Positions 39,379-51,400 of a stretch of DNA of 64,000 nt are shown here, one piece after another. The number at the start of each line of letters is the position of its first letter. The first letter of the stretch is position 1. The notes beneath the pieces are model-generated. The model ran no database searches, was not told where the DNA came from, and was given only the letters and a program-made list of their open reading frames with translations. Source of the stretch: Rhizophagus irregularis (Eukaryota); NCBI RefSeq assembly GCF_026210795.1, contig NC_089430.1, forward strand, positions 868,001 through 932,000, in the 5' to 3' direction. The position numbers and the translations under genes are program-made.

Positions 39379-39983
39379 GCGATTTCTCTACTGTTAATGA
39401 TCAGGGTATGACACCTAGGGATAATTGCGCTGAAGTTATGTATACTTTTTATGGTGTTGACGAAGAAGGACGTTTTCTTGATTATGCTTTTTGCAAGATC
39501 AACAAACGAGAAATATCAATACCTAGTAACATTCCATTTGGAACTGAAGTTATTATTAAAGAACATAAACAATCCGTTGAAAACGATCCAAATAATCAGA
39601 AGAAAAAGCTCGACTTTATTAAAGTTGAGAAGGTTGGTAGGACAACATTCCATACACATGGGTATGTGTTAGATAAATGGAAATATTTTAGGCCTAAGAG
39701 TTTATCTAGAGAAGCCTCTGCTCTATTCGTCTATGAAAACAGGGGAAATTTTGGTAAGTCCTGATTTTGTTAATAATGTCTGAGGACTAGTTATTAATGG
39801 CATATTATATCATCAACAGGTACTTATGGAGATTCGGGTTCACCTGTTTTTGATAACATTGATAGACTGTAGAGTATTTTTTAGGGAGTTTATCCAAATA
39901 GCAGTCAAGCTTTTGTTATTCCCATTCATGTAATTTTAGATCATGCCAAAGCTAGAACGGGAAAGAGGTTTATACTAGTGTAA
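39379..39983 (+). pseudogene. C-terminal fragment of a trypsin-like serine protease (Nal1/Ssy5-like fold)
   Basis: LDYAF (catalytic Asp region), KVGRTT..T.G, intron ~39753-39819, GDSGSPVFD (catalytic Ser); stops at 39870-39872 and 39882-39884; no His motif seen upstream. Confidence 0.75.
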
Positions 39984-40762
39984 TTTACAGTCTTTACTTT
40001 ATATAACAACGAACAGTTTGTTCTGAGATTGTCCTTATAACGAAAAAATAATAAATGTTTATTATACCTTTCAAAGAGTAATGTTACGTGGCAATGTTTT
40101 ATTTTTCTGACTATTATTATATATAATGAAAAGCAAAATTATGTTATCGGTAAAACTAGCTAATGCTACTGGATAACATAAATCAAAATATGAGCGTGAC
40201 CCATTCTTTCCCCAATATTTTGTTAGTATATGTTTAAAAAGTTCTCAAACAAAAAAACAGTTACCTTCTTGGATTACGGATAGATTTTATGATTAACAAT
40301 ACTTGTAATGAAATACAAAGAACTTTAATATTTCTGCCTATTATATCTCTGGTTAGTAGTTTTGCATATAATATCCTGTTTATTGCTGTACAGATAGCTA
40401 GAATATAATAAGTGTTTTCTATTACATTATTACTTGGTATAGCCTTAATATCGCAAAAAAATGAACTTGGTAATGTTGTTATTATGTTAATCTAAAAATA
40501 CTCATTTTATATGTTCAAACTATTACATTTTCTTTTGAAAGTAATGCTTACCACAGCATTGCGTCAAAAATTAAATACTTAATGCACACACTTAACCTAT
40601 TTAGGTTAGCACTTAGCTATTTTCATGCCAACAATGTTAATAAATATTTTGCTAATCCAGATCTCTCCAGCAATACCGTTGATGAATATAAATGGTGGTT
40701 TACTTCGCTTTTCAATTCCTCAGACCATAATGGATAACAACAGTCTACTTGATGTCTATATT

Positions 40763-41145
40763 CCCTATAAAAAATATTTTTTGCTAAAATATACTTAAAA
40801 TAAACTTAAAATTTTATTTTATACTTAAAATATATTTAAAATTTTATTTTATACTTAAAATATACTGAAATAGGCAAAAATTAAATATTATTTAAGTATA
40901 ATTTAAGTATATAATAATATACTTAAAATATTCTTATTTTAAATATCCTTAAAATATACTGAAATGGGCAAAATTTAAATGTAAATTAAATATATTTTAA
41001 GTATATATTAAATACAATTTAATTCAAATTTTGCAAAAATTCAATTTTCAGTATATTTTAAGTATAAAATAAGAAAATTAAGTATATTTTAAAGAAAATT
41101 AAATATATTTTAAATATATTTTAAGTAAAAATTTTTTTTATAGGG
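40763..41145. mobile_element. CMC-type AT-rich foldback MITE with CCCT...AGGG ends (383 bp)
   Basis: CCCTATAAAAAA ... TTTTTTATAGGG; 3-bp TSD ATT (40760-40762, 41146-41148); inverted ATACTTAAAAT repeats. Confidence 0.88.
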
Positions 41146-41391
41146 ATTACTAACCACTTGGAACATGATAATGAAAATCATCCCGTAGGTCAAGCAAACG
41201 AAGCAAATGAAGCAAATGAAACAAATGAAACAAACAGAGAAAGAATATTTGAAGGTACAAACAACATAAGATGTGACGTTAACAATCAAAATAATCTATA
41301 TTTTATTATTTTTTATACTACAGAAAATGCTTTCTGTGATTTATGGCATCCCGATACCATAAAATTTTACGAATTCTATCTCGCTTACTCA

Positions 41392-41573
41392 CACAGATCA
41401 AAAAGTAAAAATCAGGCATCAATCAGGTACCAATCGGTCACCAATCAGATACCTGATTGGTGACCGATTGGTGCCTGATTGGCATTTTCGCCAAATACCG
41501 TCACCAATCAGGCACCAATCAGCTACCTGATTGGTGACCGATTGGTGCCTGATTTTTCACTTTTCGACCTGTA
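41392..41573. mobile_element. CMC-type palindromic MITE (182 bp)
   Basis: CACAGATCAAAAAGT-AAAAATCAGGCA ... TGCCTGATTTTTCACTTTTCGACCTGTA; 3-bp TSD TCA; internal 11-bp CACCAATCAGG/CCTGATTGGTG repeats. Confidence 0.85.
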
Positions 41574-43940
41574 TCAAACTCTAGCCGTTCACAACGATTC
41601 ATTGGATATGTCAAGAAAAATAAGATCAACATTTTAAGACTTATCACTCTTAACTTAATCACACTATTAATCTCAATATATAACAATAATTGGATAATAC
41701 CCTTGGTAAATTTTATAGGACATATATTTTTCATAATATACAAAACAAAAGCGGAGTTGATATATGTATTTGACTAAGATCAATATCCTCCAGAAATTAA
41801 AGAACATCTCTTGTGATTCATTCTAAAACACATGAATATGATTAAACAATAAAATTTCATTAAACTGCAGAGAGAATACAAGATACAAGCGGACAACATG
41901 AATGATGGTGTGAAACTGCAGAACAGAATACAAGTGGACAATATGAATAACTGATGTCAACTACGAGAAATGATCACAACACTTATCATACCCGTTATCT
42001 TGTTTTTACACGTTCCTTCATAGTTACGAATTCATGGATCATTTCGTTTCTTCTCAGTTACAACCATATATCTGTTCACAAATCCACTCCGATGGGTCAA
42101 TTATCAATAACAATCACTTATTCGCTCAGTGCATACCATTTATCTTCTATATTGTTGTTAATTATCCAGATTGATTCTGTCGAAAAAATAATGTAAAATA
42201 CAAGAAACCTATTCTTTATTATTATTTTTTCGCAACTGACAAAATATTTATTCTATATGGGTTATGCGTAGTTTCGATAAATATAATGAATTAATGGAAC
42301 TGGATTTGGGGATGCTCCACATTTTGTTTTCGATTACTATCTTACTATCCTTATCTATTTACCATCCGTCTGGACAATTTCTTTCGAGAATCTATTTGTT
42401 GTTTAAGAGCAATGTCGAATTGACCTCTACTGATGTGTAGAACAATACAAATGTGTTATAATCAATAACCCTGTTATGGCCTAATGTTTAAGAACATAGC
42501 CACGTTTAAAACATTATTATTATGGACGGACATTTTCTCTCATAAATTTTAGAGGAGCACACTTACGTGTTGTTAACAACATGGTATGATAAAGGTGATT
42601 ATGTGATTCTGGACTGAAGACAAAAACAAAAATAGATGATAATCGAAACATTAACATCCGTATGAGAGAAATGAGAGAAATGAAACAAGCGTTGGTCATG
42701 CAACATGCAAACAAGATTTCGATAAAGGAATTCGATCACGTATGTATTTTTGATGGGATGATTCCTCAAAACTAGTAATAGAACAGGGGTATTGACAAAA
42801 ATCATGCGGAATGATTTTATTTCCTGGTGATTATTGTTTTCAATAATCGAAACGCCAGATAAGTAATGATGGATACAATTATTGATAGTAAGCACTTAAC
42901 TACAAATATCAATGGCAATAAGAAAATTACCTAAAGGTGCTATTCTGGAGGGACTTTAAAGAGAAGTGTAACTAGTGTGAATGCAGTAATCATTTTTTTA
43001 GTAATCGAAAACAAGAACAATGTCCGATATCTAACTATCCTATACCATAGTATATCTTCTTGATAGTTTCATATTATCCCAAGTTAATTAGTCTTCAATT
43101 GACTACAAAAGTGGGAATAGTTTACTCCTAAGTCAAATTTCAATTACCTGTGAATTATTAGGTATTTCGGAATGTTATATTTTTGTTGATAACCCCTTTC
43201 GAAAAGTGACTCATGTAAACCAGTATACACGCAGTTTAATACAAATTCTTAGTTCCTACATTAACACATATTACCCTTTCCATGTTTATTCTACTTCGTA
43301 CCCTTTGGGTAGAAATTACTTATTGGAGTAATAATATTCCACCGTTTATTGTGAATAGAGTCGATCTTCAACTAAAACATTTGATAAACTTAGGGGTGCG
43401 TTATGTTGTCGATGATCTGTGATATGAAGGATCGTTTCTCCGAAACTAGAAATCAGAAATCAGAAATGCCGTTAGATCAACAATATATTAGCCGAGTTAT
43501 AGGATAATTACAGTTAGATCATTTGCGTGCTAATATATTCTGGTTATCTGTATACAATAGGATTATTGCTTATATGTAGACAGCCATTTTACGATATTAT
43601 TATAATTCAGATTTGTAAAACAGATCCCTGATAGTCTTGCCATTCATTGCCTTTTCTTTTGGAGATTCCTAAAGTCGGTATGGTTCATGAGAAAATCTGG
43701 ATTTCGATAAGGAAGTTTTATGTTTTATACTGTTAGTAAGGTGCAGTTGGAGACTGGTCTACGCTCAAATTATTACTATTTTTGTTTCGATATTCAAGGA
43801 AATCTCTTACAAGCTGAGTTTGCAGTTCACTAGCCAAACATCAGATTATAGAATCGTTATTGACCATATCATAGTCTGCAAAATCATCGAGTTTGTATAA
43901 ATACTTTAAAGATAGGTAAAATACTTTATTATGTACCACT

Positions 43941-45667
43941 ATGAAACTTAAAAAATTTTTCAACATTAGTTTCCTTTCACGACACAATAATAAAACAAAA
44001 ACAGATTATCAAACTAACTCTCTAAACGCTAATTTAAATGAAATAACAGTTGAACCAGATACTGTAGATGGGCTGGAACGCTCAGACGAGAATCCACAGC
44101 AAGTAAATAGTCATGGTAAAACCTTATAATGTTATGTATTAAATTCTTGTTTAATAATTACGTTAAATTGTTTACATTATTACAATAATGACAGACTATA
44201 GTCTAGCTATAATCTTACAAAAATTGAGTTCTCTCAAGAATACCATTCAAGAAATTAAAGGAGAAGTAAAAGATGTCAAAGGCAAAGTAGAAAAGCTCGA
44301 TGAGAAAGTAGAGAAACTGCGAACAGAAAATGGTCATATATTTGAAATGATAGCTAGAAATGAGATTGCTAAAAAACATGGACAACATTATTCGGAATGT
44401 TTCGTAGTCTTTGATATAAATGGCCTTGTTAGGTTATCCACACCAAAAGAAAAACTTTCGTCTGAAGAGTTGGAATATGAAAACCAGGCTTCTATTTTGG
44501 AACATAGAACGAATAAAATAGCAAACCACATTTTTGTAAGTGATGACTCGTAATATTTGTTTCTCCTGAAATAATTACGCACTTTTGGAGTTTAGCTTTT
44601 TATTAATGTATTTATTTTTGTGATAGGAAATCAAGTTAATTGACAAGTTCGAGAAAAATCTCAAAAGGGCCAGGGATGTGTATCCAAATTCAAATTTGAA
44701 TGATCTTTATTTTCGTGTGAATAAACTCAACTGTTAAAAGAAGTTAAGGAAAGAAAAGGTAGAGTAATGGATGTTATCATTTATAAGTAAGATAGTACAT
44801 CGACAGAGAAACTTACATATTTGTCAATGGTTAGGAAGTAAGGAACGACGCTAGTGATACCTGGCTAAACTCTTTTTGCCAAAAATTTCAGTTTCGTCAC
44901 CAACTAGTTTCAGTTTCGTCATTGACTAAACTATATAGTAATATTTTTTAAGTTTAAATTTTATTTATATAAAATTATAATTTTATTATAAAAATATATT
45001 AAATTATATTATACATAAAATAGTTTTATAAATTCCTTTAAAAAATATTATATTTTAATATAAATTTATTATTTTTTTTTTTATAAGTAATTATTATAAT
45101 TAAAAATCCATGGAAATCCATAAAAAATCCATGGAAATACTATGGAATATTGAATTTTGGCATTTCGTCTTTTAATTTTAAATGTCTAAACTATTTCGGT
45201 TTAGTCAAATGACTAAATATTTAGGTTTTGCCCAGGATCTCTAAACAACGCTCTTTTTTAATCCATGAACCCAGGTTCACCATCATGCTTTTTTCTTCTA
45301 TGGTAATGAGTTTACAAAGCGCCATAAAATACAAACAAGCACCATTTGTAGAAAAATTGGAGATAGACGTGCGAGGACTGCTAACACCTTTGACGACAAA
45401 TGGTGATATTGAAACGTTGAGATTGGAGAAATAAAAAAGTCTGATAGTACAGAAATGGTAACTAAAGGATATCGTCAGTTATGGTTACGTTTAGCAGTCA
45501 TTGGTTATGCTCTAAGTATCATTGATCCAAAACTAAAGTTTAATTTGATAGGTAATCTATATACACCCAAAACAGATAAGACCTTTAATTCGCAATATGA
45601 TGATGGGTTTGACTTTGTGAAGAAAAAAAAGGGTTACAACTATTATGTAAATCATATCTCTATATAG
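43941..45667 (+). pseudogene. Coiled-coil + PD-(D/E)xK nuclease-like protein, disrupted
   Basis: Heptad coil (IKGEVKDVKGKVEKLDEKVEKL), then G.IFE, later LEIDVRG and, after a frameshift near 45410, VEIGEIK...KGYRQL..RL; spliceosomal introns; insertion at 44881-45225. Confidence 0.6.
44881..45225. mobile_element. Degenerate MITE (probably hAT-like) inserted in the nuclease-like gene
   Basis: TTTTGCC duplicated at 44874-44880 and 45226-45232; subterminal TTTCGTCA/TTAGTCA/TGACTAAA motifs; removing it restores the reading frame NSFCPGSLNNALF. Confidence 0.7.
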
Positions 45668-46643
45668 TATTTACTGTTTGTTGCTGATGTAACTGTTATT
45701 TTAAGTAATAAAAATTTTTGATTTCGTAAAATGATTAATAGGTATCCCTAAAGCTATTATACATGGCGATAATGCATTTTGATCGAATGATACCCTGTGA
45801 ACTGATATTTTTTCGCATAAAGCCAGACTTAATACGGCAACAATTTTTTGTACTCAAATGATATTCCATAAAATAAAATACGTAAATAGTTATGCTCATC
45901 ACTAGATATTAATTCGAAAGGGAGAATTATTACTCTCAAGAGCACATGAGCCTTTGGCTGGGCAACACCCACATAGGACCCTTGGGTATCGATGTTACGT
46001 TTGATACCTGTTGTCCACTAATAATCTGTCCCACAATCAATATCAGTAACTAAGCGTGTGTCACCAAAAACCACTCTCAATTACTTTGTAATACTATATT
46101 ATCAATAAGTATTCGTTATCTTATTTTATACGTTCTTCAACGTTAATCATAGCTTTTTGTTTTATCCACAGTATAACTGTCCTCTCTGATAGATGGTTTT
46201 ATCGATAACAATCATTTGTATGCTCAGTATACTACTCATCTTCACCATGCTATTCTTAATCATTCAGAATGGATTCTTTGATTATGGATGTATGCTTAGG
46301 TACATATATTGTTGTCTCATTTGCCATCAATATCGGGATAAAAATATCTAATGAGAAATTTTTCATCTACGTGTTTTTCAGATAACACAAAAACCCCATG
46401 TTTGCGAACAATCATATTCTCCCCATATTTTGGTGATAAGTATAGTCTCCCCATGTTTTTTAGATAAATACACCCTTGTATAGTTATGACTTTTTGTGTA
46501 TTAAAAGTTACGAGCTGAGACTGTGAACTCAGTTTACAAACAAATTGTATTACTGTACTTGTTAATCAGAGAACATTTTCACGTGATAATTGTAGAGGCT
46601 ATGTCGGGTTTCATGTTTTCCCTTAAATATGACCTACAAATCT

Positions 46644-48412
46644 CTATCCGTTATTTATCCACAAACGTAGATGTACATGATTGACTGTACGTGAGTAGAA
46701 TAAGTTTGTTAGTGTAGATAATTTTTTTGATCCCAGAGTATCATTAACTATCTTGCTGATGTGATGAAACAATGAATAATCGAGACTTGATGGAACTGTA
46801 AGAGTTTTGCTTTTGACGACAATTGAACCAAATATTAACGACATTTTTCTCTTTATTCTCATATGTCTCCAACACAGGTAAAGCCACTCTGCCATATGAT
46901 GTTTTAACGATTGTGTGCTTACAGAAATATATGGATTAGCTGAGATTCTATGTATATGTGTCCCTCCAGAACTAAGTAACAATGAACGAAGTACAACAGG
47001 TACTGATATACTCGATACAAAAGATTTGATGATGTTGCCAATACTGGGTCCTTCAAAGGTTAGGCTGCATTTATCTTCATCATGATGGCATACTTTTATC
47101 CCCATATCGTTAACAAATATTTTATTATTTCCTTGAATAGCTAGTACCATACCACACGATGTGCCTGTTCCTTGCGTTCCACTCGTCATGGACATCATCC
47201 CCATTATCTGTCTATTTTTATCCATCGACTCTGTGTGCGAAGACAAGTTTTTTCCTCCTTTCACTTCATGGGCATAGCACGGGACTAGACTCTGCCTAGA
47301 GTTCGTGATCCCAGGATCATCATGGTTAACGTGAGAAGAAAGAGTGGAGTTGTAGTCAGGCGGTAACTGATAAGTTCTGGACTTTGCCCACGAAGTGAAC
47401 CAGATGGATCTTTATGTGCAAACATTGTTTGTGGAAAGTGCTCTGCATTACAGTGTACTAATTCCTTTAGGTGAGATTCTTGCAGGTAACCACGAGACTC
47501 CACAGCACATCTCATAGGACTGTGAGTTGATGAATGTGGACAGCAGTAAGAGATATTACTGGTTATTGCATAGTCTGTGAAGGATGAAATAACAGAAATA
47601 CTAGCATGCTCGTTACCATCACACTTTGGGTTATTGGCAAATTCTGGGCGTTGTTCACGAGGTGAATGCGTTGATTGTGGCACTTTTTTGTTCTCCCTCC
47701 CTTTCTACCATGACTCGCTTGGAGACAATGAACATGAATTATTAGTATCCCCATTGAAATGGTCAGTTGTATTAGGTTTCGATTCTCCTTTAGTGTCAGA
47801 AGAATGTTTATTAATACTTGCTATAAAAGAAGCGATACATTCCGAATAGTCAGGGTGAGCTAGCATTTCTCGCAGAGCATCATTCATGACAACAGGTAAA
47901 AACGCAGACTCTTGATTGATATGAATTTGTTTATTTTGGAATTTCTTTTCGACTCTGTCAATACATGCTCTGAAATATTTTTCAAACAAACCATCATGAT
48001 AACCCTCTTTGGGAATGACAAGAAAGTCTTCAGGATTAAGGTTCTCGGCACCGTATTTCTCTACGAGTTCGGCGTTAAACCTTTTCACAGATGAATCTAT
48101 ATTAGCACGATTCCTGGCACGGTACTCAGCGTCTGTCCTTGCAAGATATTGGTCGATCATCTCCTGTTTTTCGGCAGTAGGAGTGTAAAAATCAAACTCG
48201 GCCATTTCTTTTTTATATAGAGGCTTATGTTCAAAACAATAATTTTTATTTTCATGTGCACCAGCATTCAAGGATTGTTTTTCGTCTGTTACAGAATAAA
48301 AGTATTCGACCATATCTTTTTTATATGATAACCCTTGTTCAAATCGATAGATATGCATCAGCGCTACATTTCTGAGTGCTACGTACCTTTCAAAGAGGCG
48401 AAAGTAATACAA
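46644..48412 (-). pseudogene. Degenerate intronless coding relic of unknown identity
   Basis: Three consecutive minus-strand ORFs (235, 132, 206 aa) with higher GC; the first two are in frame across a single stop at 47705-47707; no family recognised. Confidence 0.4.
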
Positions 48413-51400
48413 GAATATAAGCGGAGGTTTTTACTCGGATGATACGAAGTAGATGACATAGACCGTATATTAGATATGATATTCACTGTACCATGAACGT
48501 AATATTGTGTGCTTTGCTTGGCCATGTGGTACAACTTTGTTACTAACGACACATATTCTGTTACGAAATACATTCATGAACAAAGATAAAATCGAACTTC
48601 ATTATTAACAAATATATGCATTGCAACAAAAGATACATTCATCATTACGAAAAAATATATACAACATTTATTACAAAAATATATATACAGACCTGTAACA
48701 ATATACACAAGACTGTTAAAAAAAATATATACGGACATGGTTACCAGTAGCCATGCAACAACATATACTTCAAACTCGTAATATATTCAGTACATTAACA
48801 TTATAATATTAGACATCCAATGGGTGATGTAGCAAAATGCATACAGCATCGTTGTAAATGGACAAATATTAAGCGAGAGCAAATAATATACCAAATGGAC
48901 AAATATGAACGTCAAGTACTAAATACGAACGAACTAATCTCGAATCAGCGTGAATGGATAAATAATTAGCCGAAAAGGATAAACATTTAGGAAGAGTAAT
49001 GATTTACATGATGTAATATTTATCAAATGATTAACAAAGAACCAATAGATTGAGTAGGGAGTCAATCAATTGCGGCTTAGCAATCTTTAACAATAAGAAC
49101 AATTAGAAAGAATAATTATAAGCCACAAAAGATAGATTATAAGCAAAACACATAAAGCGAATTGAAAAAACATATAAAATAATGTCAGAAAGATTAAAGA
49201 ACATAAAATAATATAAAAGATAATATAAAAAGATAGTATAAAGATGGAATATAAAAGATAATATATTAAAAAGAACATATATGAAAGATAGCATATTAAA
49301 AGATAGCGTATTTAAAATATAGATAGCATATTAGAAAGATAGTTCAAAGATAATATGTAAAAAGAACATAAAAGATAATATATAGATAGAATAGAAAGTA
49401 GCATAAAATTTGTATAAATAGAGAGCGGAATTCAAAGCAATTCCACAGTTCTCATCCACAGAACTCAATAAAAATATAAGTTTCATTTAATTATTTGTTA
49501 GTGAAGTTTAATATTAATTAAAGGTAATAAATTCGCCCTAAACTTTAATTAATGTTCGCTTAATTAATTTTAATTGAATAAAATGGAAATTTAAGATGAA
49601 TTAAATATACACCTTTGAAAAGTAATAATTCGTAGCGAGAGCTATCGAAGTTTGAGATTAAAGGTAAAAGTGGATATAATTTGGGAAAAATTTAGAGAAG
49701 TTAAATTTTATTTTATATCGCTTGATGTTTTATATTACTAACGCTATTTATGTTGTGAACCAAGAAGGTTGTTATATGTTGTTGTATGTTGTTCGTTGAT
49801 TATATTGTTTGTTAATTATGCCGTTGATTATTTGCTTGTTCGTTTAATTATTCGTTTGTTTGATTATTCGTTCGTTCAACCATGAGAATGCCCATTCGAT
49901 GTGGCAACTCTGTAAATTGATGACAGAGGGAATTGGGGGATCTCATCGTTCAAAAAATAATATACGTCACTATTATCAATAGTATCTACAGCATATGCAT
50001 TCATCATTACAAAAACGTATCAAACTTGTAATAAATATATACATTCATCATCGTTACCGTTACCAAACAAAAAATATATACGAACTCGTAACAAATATAC
50101 ACTATCGTTACCAACAGACTGCAATAATACGATATATACTTCATTGTTACAAAAATATATCCAGACCAAATATACCCAGCTGTTTCAAAAAATATATACG
50201 AACTCGTAACTATCGTTACATTTCTAAAAGAAATGCCTTCCAGGCTAACAGATCACAACAATACACAGTATACGGAAAGTCATCATTACAAAAAAAAATA
50301 CATACGAACTAGTAACAGGCAATGCCTTCCATGATTTTCCTTGTAAGTCGCTAAAGCGTGAGGAACGAAGAAGCCTTTGGCCTATTCCATGAAAATAAAA
50401 AGTCGAAGAGGTAAGCGTAATGAAGAAATTTATACAGGGGGCATCGTCCGAATATATACCGTAGTTATCAGAAGATTACAGCCACAAACAGAACATTATC
50501 GTTACCAACAGATTTCAACGATATATTTCATCATTACAAAAATGCGTAGCCCACTGTTACTAACAAATTACAACAAATGTGTTCTGCATCGTTACAAAAA
50601 ACAAATTTTGCACTGTTGGACAAATATATATACTGCTATTGTTTTCCAAGAAAACGGGTTTTAAGGATATGTTCTCGGGAATGTTTGGAAACATAACAAC
50701 AGTACATAGTTACAGTGGTCCTAGGAGAAAACTAGTCCATAAATAGACTTTGTGAAGGTAGGGGTTGTGTAATGAAATGAAAATCTGAAAGGATTCGCTA
50801 CACAAATCTAGCACTAATATCATTTCATACAAACCTATATAGAAAAGATGAGTCAGTTCTAAGGCGTAGTATACTTGAGTAGTTACATCATTGGTCACGA
50901 AGCATCTAATGTGATAATTTTCCCAGAGAGTAGGGCAAAAGCCCCTTGGCTGAGCAAAGCCCATGATCAGTGTAGAGTATCATGTATTTTTACAGTAGGT
51001 AACAGTTGTCCACTAATATTCAACTCGCAGTAGTAACTCATAAAACACACACAGATCACATTCATCACAGCGGACAATATGTAGTTAAAATAGTTTGTCA
51101 GATAACAATGAGCATATTTTTTACATATTAGAAGTCCCATGGGAGTTTAGAAATCATGTGGTAATATTGTTTTTATTTCTTTGTTCGGAAAAAATGGTAA
51201 CGAAGTTCAGTACCCTCGATCAGAGTTGTTATCATGCAAGACAGTAGATATACTTGTGATATAATTGAAAGTTTTCATCCCATAGCAGTACAGATCAGTT
51301 GTCATCAATAACCCGAAAGCTTTTCATGCATATTTTTCCCATTATGATTGTTTCGTCCATTTGTCTTTGACACTCTTTAGGCGAATCTCTTCAGTAAAAT

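Noticed and set aside
39230..39380. TTAA-flanked right terminus of the Kolobok element
   Set aside because: Several TTAA sites exist but there is no left TIR in the window to match, so no boundary can be supported.
49087..49294. Hydrophobic membrane-like ORFs
   Set aside because: Translation of low-complexity ATAAAAGATA repeats.
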